This document shows, piece after piece, positions 1 to 10,800 of a stretch of 64,000 bases of DNA; position 1 is the stretch's first letter, and each line of letters opens with the position of its first letter. The stretch spans positions 372,001 to 436,000 of the forward strand of contig JAQGDQ010000137.1 in the NCBI GenBank assembly GCA_030141605.1, written 5' to 3'. The notes beneath the pieces are model-generated. The model searched no databases and was not told the DNA's origin. It saw only the letters and a program-made list of their open reading frames with translations. Position numbers and translations under genes: made by a program. This stretch comes from Tubiluchus corallicola (taxonomy: Eukaryota > Animalia > Priapulida).

Positions 1-647
1 AGGTAAAAAGCACTCTGACAAGCAAGTTTGATCAAGACAAAAGCAAAAAGACCAAAGTGAAACACATAATAATGCGAGGTAATGGTACCACATGTAGAAA
101 AGACAAAGACAATAAAAACAAAGGTATAAATTTAGATATTCCGAATAAAAAAGCAATGTAAAATGGTAAACGAAGATAAAAATGGTGACAAAAAATTCCA
201 GTAATAAAAGAATTAGTTTTACTTCGGATTTTATAATGATTTTGTATGCGATAACTATGATTATGCACACGAAGATTTGTCTCACGTTTGGCATCTTTTT
301 TCAGTACGTGATATAATCTAAATGATCAACAAATGATTCAAAAATGCCTAATGAAGAAATTTCAAATTTTATCAATTTTTTAGAACATCTTAACATTTTT
401 AGCATTCGTTCATAATTTTTGCAGCGGGCACTCTAAATACTGGCGGCTTTCAGAACAATTAGTTTGAAAAACTAAAGTAATCATTGTTAGCTGATGTTTA
501 CAGCTGCATATAAATTTTGAGATTATATCATCTTGTAAATTATAGGTGATTAACTAAAAGAGCACAATGGATAAGCCAGTCCAGTAAAACTTTGAAAAGT
601 TCTGACGACCTTGATTGTTGTTGACATCTTACGCCAGGACCATGTAC

Positions 648-1797
648 CTGCCTTGTATCTCTGTACGTTGGTTGCCTTAATTCGTGTATGTCAAAGAACG
701 CTCCCTCAGTTTCTCTGGACGTCCTGTTTCCAAACTCTTTTATTGTTAACATTTCATGGTGAAAATCAAGTTAAAAATTTGCAAAACAAACCTGACCAAC
801 GAAATCACCTTTGCAGAAGAATGTCCGCATCTGCTTCAATAACAACAGAAGTTTTTAGCCTATTTTTACTTGTGCTGAAAAATTTCTGTTTCAGAACACT
901 TCAAAGTAATTATGTTGGCACCTTCAGAATCAACATCCAATGAGCGACCACATTTTTAATGAATCTTATAATTGTGAGACACCCCGATATTCTTGCCACA
1001 GCTTGGACTGCTTTCCTTATGTACTGGTTTTTGTATTAATTCTAGAGACTTTACCTTTTAGTTGCGAGACTTGGCTATAGAAAGTCAGCTGTATATCTTC
1101 TGTCGTTTTATTCTTCTGTATTCTACCATATATTTCCTAGTATTGACCATGTCATTATTCGAGTATTGGCATGCTCGTTTGTCTATGTCCGACACTCACC
1201 CAATATGATCGTAGTCTATGACGACTCCAACATACACCACAAAAACTAGTCTGTACACAGTAAACATATGCATAATCTGGTAACACTGCCTTCAATTAAT
1301 TTCGATATATATAAGGCTCCTGTTTAAATTGTCAAACGTATTGTCAGTTGTGATCGTATTACATTTGAAAGTTATTTATTAGTTCTCTTTCTTTTATCTA
1401 ATCTTCAACAATGAATGTTTTGCCCAGTACCTTCAGAAATCTTCTGTTCAAATAGCCACTTCAGTTCAAGACGCCTGCACCTTTTGTTATGATAATAATT
1501 ATGCCGATTGGACTCCTTTCATCCTGTTTTTGCTCGTTTTTCCTGGAATCACATCTTCTCAGTTAGTGCTTCTAAAATTGGATGATATTTTCAGTCGTTT
1601 AAGTACACACGGATCAAGTTATTTCATAGCGTACCTTTCAGCTTAAACCAAACTTTCAATCTTTTTGTCCACTCGCTCGTGTGGTATGTCTTATATATAA
1701 GGCCAACTTGAATTTTCTTCTATCCAGCCTGATTAAAAGCTGTTCAACAACTGTTTACTAGCATCAATTTTCCTTAGCTTCCTTTTCCTCAAAGTCC
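648..1797 (-). pseudogene. Relic multi-exon gene of unidentified family
   Basis: GT-AG pairs on the minus strand define short introns (1634-1572, 1430-1320, 1199-1137, 791-724). Exons 1571-1431 (141 nt) and 1319-1200 (120 nt) are multiples of 3 and join in phase 0 (..RFLK|EPYIYRN*LKAVLPDYAYVYCVQTSFCGVCWSRHRLRSYW|EIYGRIQKNK..), but stops are scattered through the frame. Confidence 0.35.
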
Positions 1798-4700
1798 CTG
1801 CATAAACGGCAATGGTGAGAAATCTAATTATTGGTCAAGTTACCGGCACCCTATAATTAATCAAAACGAATAAGATGCACGGGAAAACAACACAGTTGAC
1901 TGAAATTTAAAATTATGGATCTTAATTAAAGAAACTATTTGCACAGACTATATCACAATATTTAAGGGTGTTTTAGCTGTATCATGTTTTAATTATTTTA
2001 AGCCAATATAACATATAAGGAACTATAGAAAATTTGACGAAAAAATTCTTATTATTATTTATTACACCTAAAATACTTGCAAAATAATCTGAGCAAACAG
2101 TCTATTTAATTTTGGCCCTTGATTTTAAGTTTTAATTTATTGTGTTTTACTGTTTATATTTTATGTTTTTTGTTTTGTGGACAGCAAGGAGTCATATGAC
2201 TACTGTTTTTTTGGTTAAATCCCTTTTTAAAATAAACTATTACTTATTTACTTACTATCACTGAGTTATCATTAATCATTGAGCACATTAATAGAATTGT
2301 ACACTGGTAAGGCGACACTAGGTAAAAAACTTTTGCTGTTTGTGGTAAAGTGAGGTATTGAAGCCTATTTCAAACTTTAGTCAAGTGCACTCAACTTCAC
2401 TCAGTGTAGTTTCTCATATTTTATGCTGGACATTTTAGATGTAGAACAGCTGCTTAAAAATCCAGTTTTCCTTCAGCTTTCTTATCTGTGGTATTTTCCG
2501 CCAGGAAGTCACTTCCCGGAAAACTACAACTTCACTAAATTCAAAAAGAACATCAAATTAACAGGTACTTTCTGTCCACCAGGAAATCAGTTATATGACT
2601 TCTTTGTTTCTTGATACGTATAGCGTACTAAATTTATATTTTCACCTTTCTACTGTAACCCATTCCAATGAGTGGACATTGGCTTCTTTTGTGCAGTTTG
2701 TACAAAAAATTACATTTATTAACTCAATCAATATTTTTAAACAATTCCAACGCCGTGACCGTATAGCATAGCATATGCGCAGATCTTTCAAGGCAGCCCA
2801 ACAATGTTAGATTAATTTATCACACATTATTTGATTGCTGGATCAAGAACGAGATTACGATCTTTGACCCTGATTTTCAACCTACAGGTGCCCTGTAGTG
2901 GAACAAGAAGTATTGGAGGAGCTGCCAGTTGTTTTAGACATTAGTGGATTTGAACTATGAGCCTGTGTGGGAGGAGGAGGAGGAGGAGGCTATTAACTTC
3001 ATCAAAACAACGAAATATTTGGCTTGGCGTTCCTTGACTAGGTGACATTCATATGAGATCGCTAAATGTAAAGGAGAAGCGCAGATGGATTATTCTTCAC
3101 AGAGTAATTGGTGCTTGTTGGAAAAACTGGGAAAATTCCTAGTTAGTGGACATTATTGCAATTTACAAAATGAAAGTAGGAGAAGTAAACATATAGGAAT
3201 AGCAGGGGCATTTCATTTCATCCTACATACATCCTGGTATGTAGGATACTTCTCTTTAGACTTCTGGGGCAGACTTGTGCCAATCACATATATTGTGACG
3301 GCTTGCAGACTGTGGTGGTGGAATGTTGTTTTGTTACTCGAATGATATTAAAAGTTGGAGATTCTAAACTATTCCGACATTTACTTTGCGGCGCCAACAT
3401 CAAATGTGTTTAGCGGCTTTTTTGTTGTTGTTGCAATCTTGAAAAAGAAAACAATCGCTGAATATTAACTTAACATAGAAGACTGGAATTTATTATACAT
3501 GAAACCGCTAAAGACCTACAAACATACAGTGAGGATCAAAATGAAGAGTTAAAAGCATTCAGCCATTAGTAAAAAACAATTTAAAAGTAATAGGATTGAA
3601 GCGGATTAATTCATTAAACAAATCCTCGTTATAAAATATTAATTAAATTGTTTTATTAAAAATAATCAAAATAAATAGGCTTGATAAACATTCCATAATA
3701 TGTAACTGCATAATGACCACAAACACGATCACAAAACAATAATAACACTAGAATACCACAGCAATTAATAGAACAATTAGCAAATACATAAAAAATGTAA
3801 ATTTTGGATCAAGAAACGTTTATATTTGCAGTTCTAAGTGATACAATTCGACAGTTTTTGTTAAGAGCTGAAAAATGCGTTTCTTTGACTGAATTTCGGC
3901 AGCGTCGTCATGTTCGAGACCGAATTGTGAATTTCTGCGCCAGCGTTTCCACGACAAGACAGCGATTGACAACAATCACGAATCGCCACTGAAAATGGAT
4001 ATGATGACTGAAGCTTTAGATAGTCAGGCGTGTATGTTATTTGAAGTTCAACATTTCGTCAGTGAAACATTTTAATAGTCTATTATTTCGCCAGTAGTTA
4101 TTAGAAATAGTACAATACATTTAAATTAATGTATATATGATAGTGATATTTATGTCAATTGCTGAGGGTAGTCTTTCATACCTAGGTCAATTCAATACTT
4201 TTAATACTATATATTAAAATATATAGAACAACATGATTTCTTTAAAATCCTTTGTGAACGAAAGCCATAAATCGTACAAAGACGTTCCATATATCACTGG
4301 ATTCCCCGTGAGACGTTGAACGCGATGCGCCACGCCAAACTTGCAAGTAAGGTTTCACTTAGCCAGAAAATGGCGCTGAGTAAGACTGTACATACCCAAA
4401 ATGCAAGCATTCTGAATCTGGTGTTCTTTTTGTTCTACGATGCTTAATTTCTGAGATATAGTTTTTTTTTAAATAACTCACAAACTAGGTAGCTCTACTT
4501 GACTAAATTTGGTATGCTACCGAAGCTAGGACCACTGGTCATTAGTGACCAAGTTGTCTAAATTATTTGATCAATAAAGTCAGTTTAGTTTAGCGTCTTC
4601 TATACGTCATGGCTTGTGACCTTTTTTCAAAAAGACAGATGGTTCTGGTAGAGAAAGAAATGTCTTTACAATCTGTGCTTAGTTTTTGTCCAAATGACTT

Positions 4701-5436
4701 CGCCTTTTCTGCACAGCATATAAACATAGCTAATTTTGAGCGTTCGACTTTGAGACTTAACATTTTCAAGACTTTTTGACTCCCCAAAAGCATTGGCTTA
4801 CTCCCTACGTGAACCATCCTCAGGCACATGACCAACAAATAGCTTTATCAGTTTCTGGCCTAGATGGCCACGTGCTTTTTAAGTCCAGTGGTAAAGACTT
4901 GAAAGAGCACGTAGAGATCTTCTGAGATCTTAAACAAGATTGAAATTTTAGAAAAATGCAGGTTCATGACCTGTAGTTTATGGTCAGCGATGCCCAACAT
5001 ACTAGCTATCCACTTGTCAAATTGGGTCTTGGTGGAATCTGCAGTTCTTGGCCTACTGTTTTGTGTCCAAAAGAGTACCCATGAGTAGTCCAACATAACG
5101 TATTATCAGTACCAAAATAACTACACTTGGAGAACTGTATCTTCCCAAAAAAAGTAATCCCTAAAGGCCTAAACATATCGCTACTATTCAGTAAACACTT
5201 ACACTAGGCCTATCAGGCCTGCAGGCTTAAATTTTATGGCACTGTTGTTAAATCATATCCTTGTGCTACTCAAGACTAGAATGCTACCTGCCAAGATGGT
5301 GCCAGTGGTGAGTCTGGTGACAGTCCAATTAATCTAACCAACATTGTGCTATTGTGCTATACAACAGCCACCACTAAGGGTGGCAAAACAATAGCCGTTT
5401 TTGCATAAATGCATATGAGGAAATGATGCGCTGCTC

Positions 5437-5961
5437 TGGCGAAGTGTACTACTATTTAAATACTTGCTGTACTACTTCTAACTATAACTGGTGAAGTGAT
5501 ACATTGGCGAAATGATGTCCTGGTACGGTGTACTGCTATTTAAATACGTACTGCACTAAAATTTTATTCTAACTGCAACTGGCAAAACGATAAACTGACA
5601 AAATAATAGACTGGCGAGTTGTACTACTGTTCAAATACATACTGCACGGTTTCTAACTACAACTGGCAGAACGATACATTTGCTAAGTATAGCACCGCTT
5701 TACATTGCAGGATTTAATAAACTAAACTAAACTAAACCAAACCAAACCAAACCAAACCAAACCAAACCAAACCAAACCAAACCAAACCAAACCAAACCAA
5801 ACCAAACCAAACCAAACTAAACTAAACTATTTCTAATATCACAAAATGATACAGTGGCGAAATGATGCATTGGCGAAGCATACTTCTATTTACGTATTTA
5901 CTGTACTATTTCTAGTTGCAACTGGCAAACATACGCAAAATGACAAATGATACACTAGCGA
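5437..5961. repeat. Degenerate ~85-90 bp minisatellite (about 4 units) interrupted by a pentamer microsatellite
   Basis: Unit similar to ctggcgaagtgtactactatttaaatac..tctaactataactgg..gatacattggcgaaatgat recurs near 5437, 5520, 5611 and 5870. Confidence 0.75.
5718..5829. repeat. (AAACC)n/(AAACT)n microsatellite
   Basis: Directly visible tandem pentamers. Confidence 0.97.
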
Positions 5962-6004
5962 TTTTAAGTTATGCACATGAAAGTAGCTGAAGCTATTGCT
6001 AGCT

Positions 6005-6292
6005 ATGCATGGTTGCGGAAGTCAAAGTGGTCCACTTTCGGCACATCTTGTTTGCAAGTCACAAGACAATTAGTTTGTTTGCAAGTCACTCTTGATGGCC
6101 CACGTCGCCGGCTCATCGCTAGAAGAGATCGCGTCTTGAAGAAGAACACAAACTATGAATTTCAACTTCGTCAATTCAACTTCAAGTTCTACGCCCAATC
6201 AGCTGTCGCCACATTCCGCAAAATTGGTCCTGTATTAGAAATCCTTATTGAATTTGGCATGCTTCATGCATTTTAACAGTCGTTGTTATAAG
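6005..6292 (+). promoter_or_regulatory. Probable promoter and non-coding first exon upstream of PI3K-C2 (possibly also HYOU1)
   Basis: Locally CpG-rich; ETS-like GCGGAAGT near 6015; duplicated ttgtttgcaagtcac; GATGG-C-CCACGTC at 6094-6106; donor AAG|GTTAGT at 6292/6293 pairs with acceptor ttttgcag at 7746. Confidence 0.55.
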
Positions 6293-7846
6293 GTTAGTGA
6301 AGAGTGTGAGCGAAGACGATTTTCTTGTTATTTGGTTGAACGCCTATCCTTTTGTGCATTTTTAGGCTAAACGCGATGGAAATATTTTTGGCAGCTGTAG
6401 ACTTTCATCAAAAGGCTAAGGATCGTTTAGCTAAAAATACACTAGTTAAAAGTAGTTTACATTACAATAATACTAATAGCTGTTTTGATATTCATGGTAC
6501 ACTGCGGCATGAATAGTTTTCAACGAAATTAGTTTTTCAATTAATGTAAAAAATTCACAGAAGAAACAATTTTCCAAGCTGTGACAATTAAGTAACAAAA
6601 AAATATCAATAATTTTATCATTGATTTAATCATTTATGGTTTTTGCAACTGATTACAATGACAAAAATTCTGTTACCATCTAACTAATTCAGGAAATTAT
6701 TAATGTAACTTGTGTAATTAATGTGATTTGCTTTAACAAAGCCAGTGATTTGTGTATTAGAAATTTTAGCTATTTTTACAAAAGCTGAATAAGTTAATAA
6801 AATTCGCAATAGACGAAATAACTTTAGCTAATATAATAATGTGTAACATCGCTAAAGTATGAGAAAAAATCAAACCAAGGCTGTGACATAGTGATGCTTT
6901 CTGCAGATAGCCAAATATCGTGTGTGGGAGGAAGTATTTTTCACAAGAGGTAAAAATTGTAGTTTTAAAGACAATTTATATACAGCGCACTGTTAATACA
7001 GTTTGGTAATTATTGGTGTGTGTTGTGATAATTACATTAAAGCTATATTATTGTGATCAATTGTAATTTTAATGGCTTTCAGATGTAATTGCTTAAATGA
7101 GGGATGTTAGCAATAACGATTTATGTATCGACTAGAAGTGATATGGCGTTGTATATATCGTTGTTTATCGCTGTCCTTTATAAAATGTTTTACTGCTTCA
7201 CTTTGCTTTTCCATTTATACTCGAGAGTGATGCAAAATAGCAAAAATAGGTTATTGTTATAAGCTTGTCTGAATCATTTCCTTGTACTTTCTCCAACAAT
7301 AGTTTTGAGCAGCATTTTCGTGACTATGTACAGCTGGGAAAATGTATAAATTTCTATGTATTAATGTGTTACAATGATATATACATATATTACTACGTGG
7401 GGTATAGAAAAGAAGTCACATAGATTATAGATGTATATATTACTAAATGGTGGCCCCTTAAATTTACTGTACTTAGTGGCAAGTGCACTCAGGCATTTAA
7501 TAATTTAACTATTAGTAATTGTTCTGCTGTCACATATGTTGCCTAACTCCAGGTTCAATATCGTTTTTATCGTTCAAAATAATATAACGTATCATATTGT
7601 CTGGAAAATAGATTGTTGTTATCGTGTACTTTGTAAAAAAAATTTTATTTGTTTAATTTTATTTAAATGATATTTTTATTGCTAAAGAAATTTGAAAAAA
7701 ATTACAGCTACTTTTAATATTTAATTGTAGCTTATGTATTTTGCAGTTGCTGTTACGGCTTGTGTGGACATCACCATCATAAACCAAAAAAAGTTGAGCA
7801 TCAACATGGTTTTATATTGAGCTAAGTGGAAATTCCAGCATTTACA

Positions 7847-10800
7847 ATGGCATCACAAGGGACTCCACCATTTATGTCTCAACAAAGTGCAGACGGTGAA
7901 GCAGATAGATACTTGGCCGATTTAGAACGTGCAAAACAGTTAAGTTTAGAATCGGCTAAACTTGAAGAAATGCAACGTGAATTTAATAGGGAATGCCGTG
8001 GCCAGTTAAAAAGTCCGACTGGAGCAAATGAAGCAGAAGATCTGATTCACTTTTCTGCTGCTGAAATTCAAATAAGGGACATTAAACGAAATCTATCGGA
8101 AAGTAATTTTAAAACTCTGGAGAGAGAGTTCTCAAGTAATTTTTCCGATTTTGACCTTCTTGGTAGTACTGTGCCACCACGGTGGCAAGTTCCAGGTTCT
8201 GATACAAATCGTGCAAGTGCTAAGACAGGAAAAGTGGCAATATTGCCCTTAGAAGAAAGTGGTGAAACTGATTCGGCTGGCAAAATGTCACCTGTGCATC
8301 TCACGACTAATGATGAATTTTCTAATCTGTTCGACTTGCACTTTAGTGCAGTACAGAGAACAAATGATTCTGTAAATGCTAGTAATTTTGGTCAAATTAC
8401 AACTTCAGTACAGCCAAATTTATCTATGGTAAGCAAAGATTATCCTGCTGAATCGTCTAATGTAAGTAATCAATTTCAAGCATTTTATTGTGAAAAGAAA
8501 AGTCTTGCACCTGCTAATACGACATACTGTGTAGACATTGGTGCAAATGTCTCGCTCGCGAGAGAAAGAAGTCAGACATTATTGTATGATCCTTGGCAAT
8601 TGGCTCCTGAGCCACCGGCTTCATTCCATAGCGGTCTCCACAAAACAAAAAAGTCTAAACGAAGTGATAGTCTCCACCTTATCGATTTTGATGACGATTC
8701 TAGCGACTTGCTTCAGGCTTTTGACCCATTAATGGCTGCCTCTAGTTCACAGAGAAAAGAGCCTTTGTTTGAAAAAGTTGCACCTCAAAGTTCGTTTGAA
8801 GATGATTTTGTTACTCCTAGCTCTGTAACCGAAAAACAGAAGCCATCTTCACCACCACCAAGGCCTCCGAGACCAGTTCTTCCTCGACAGATCCAGCCAA
8901 CACTCAGAGTTAGACATGCAGCAAAAACAGAGGATCGTGTTTACGAACCATTAAGGGTTATCCAAGTTGAAAGAAAGCAGGATGCAGTTCTAAGGTGCTT
9001 CATCGATAAAGTACTTATGTTACGCAAAGGTTTCTATTATAATGATACAATGACCAATGCAGGTTTTGTAATAAGCCCTGTCATTGAAAACATAAACTGT
9101 GGTCGAACATCAGTAAAACTGGTAGTGAATACGCCTTTACAACCAGAGCAGCCTCTTATTTTTTCGTGTGATATACATACATCTATTGAGCATGTTATCA
9201 GTCAGATACTATGTCTTATTCTTGATGACATCACTGGATATTCTACAGATCAATACGTATTGAAGGTTCAAAGTTGTGCTGAATTTCTTGCACGAGATTC
9301 CATTTTAGCAGATTACGAATATGTGCAAATATGTAGGAGGTTTGATCGCGATGTCTGCTTTACACTGCTTGAGATTTCTCACCTCAGTCAACCACTTGCA
9401 AGATCAGCAAAAGATGATAGGCAAATAACTTGGACAGATTCACCGGAGCTGTTGAAGAAGTCCAATACAGTGAGCTATGAAACAATAGTCATACTTCTTG
9501 AGACTTTTGAAAAAGAAGTAGAAAAGTTTCAGGCTCATATGTTTAAGCAAAAGTCGGAAGTTCTAAAAGTGTCTGGAATGGTCCAGGCTGTAAAGGCTTT
9601 GTGTACCATGCTTAATGGTCTTGAAACAAATGACATTTCTCAGGCTATTGACAGCTTAAAAGAAGCAGCCCAAGAAAGAAGTCTTAAGTCTGATGTAACT
9701 AATTTACATGAATCAGGAGGAAAAACTATTGCAGACACTTCCAGAAATAGTTTCCTCATTTTTGTTATTGAGCAACTACAGGAAGCTGTGCGCAAGTTAG
9801 TAAGTGTGTATTGTAACATGTTCTTGCCAAACTTCACCATAGCCGACATAGAAGTTGATCATCAAGGTTACAAGCAAATCACGGATATGTTTGATAATCT
9901 GATCATATGTGTCTTGACACTGCATCGCATACCTCAAAGTTGGAAAACTTCTTACACATGCTTTCGTCTGGCATGTGGTGTTTTTCATGGCAGTCGTAGG
10001 CTTTGTGCTGATGTATGGACTAAAACAGCCAAAGTTACATCTTCATTTTTTGATCTAATTTTCTTTGACGAATGGTTACAGTTTCCATCTGTTTCTCTGT
10101 ACACTTTGCCTAGGGAATCAAGATTAGTGATGAAATTATATGGTATAAAAATTGTTCCGCCTGACAACAAAAACGAAGTTGAAAAACAGTTGCAAGAAGT
10201 GGCTGGCTGGGTTTCTCTTGATCTCTTTGACTTGGAGAACAAATTAACGAATGGCCCGCACTTGCTAGGGTTATGGCACGACCGAAGTGTTGAACCAGTT
10301 GGTCCTCGTGCATCAAATTTGCTTGAAAAAAACAGCAGTATATTGCATGTCGAATTGCCAGAGTTTGGATATGATGTAGTTTTTCCGCCTGTAACAGAAA
10401 CACATACGTCTGTTAGTAGAGATTATTCACTTTTGAATGAAACTATGCAGCAGAAGATAGAAGAAGTGTTAGCAAGAGACATTTTAACTTTTTGTACATT
10501 AGAGGAAAATAAATTATTATGGGAAAACAGAGATTATTTGTATGGTGTTCCTGGTGCGCTACCACGATTACTTCAAGCCGTTCCTGGTTGGAACTGGGCT
10601 TCCTTGCCAGACATTTACTGTTTGCTTGGACAGTGGAAAAACAGCTACCCTTTAACGGCCATTGAAGCACTTGAATTTCTTCTACCTCATTATGCTGATT
10701 CAGAAGTACGCAAAGTAGCTGTAGGTTGGTTACAGGCTATATCAAGTGACGAATTGTGTGACTACTTACCTCAGCTTGTGCAAGCTCTCAAATTTGAAAG

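Noticed and set aside
3-160. Lys-rich open frame at the window edge (VKSTLTSKFDQDKSKK..)
   Set aside because: Short, A-rich, no recognisable motif; cannot be told apart from low-complexity sequence.
648-1797. Alternative genetic code (TAA/TGA read as sense) to explain stops in the relic gene
   Set aside because: Intact genes in the window end normally at TAA, TGA and TAG and contain no internal stops.
5437-5961. CRISPR-like array
   Set aside because: Units are degenerate along their whole length with no constant repeat and unique spacer pattern; eukaryotic context and no cas genes.
5971-6276. 101-aa ORF over the promoter
   Set aside because: No recognisable domain; overlaps promoter and 5' UTR-like sequence.
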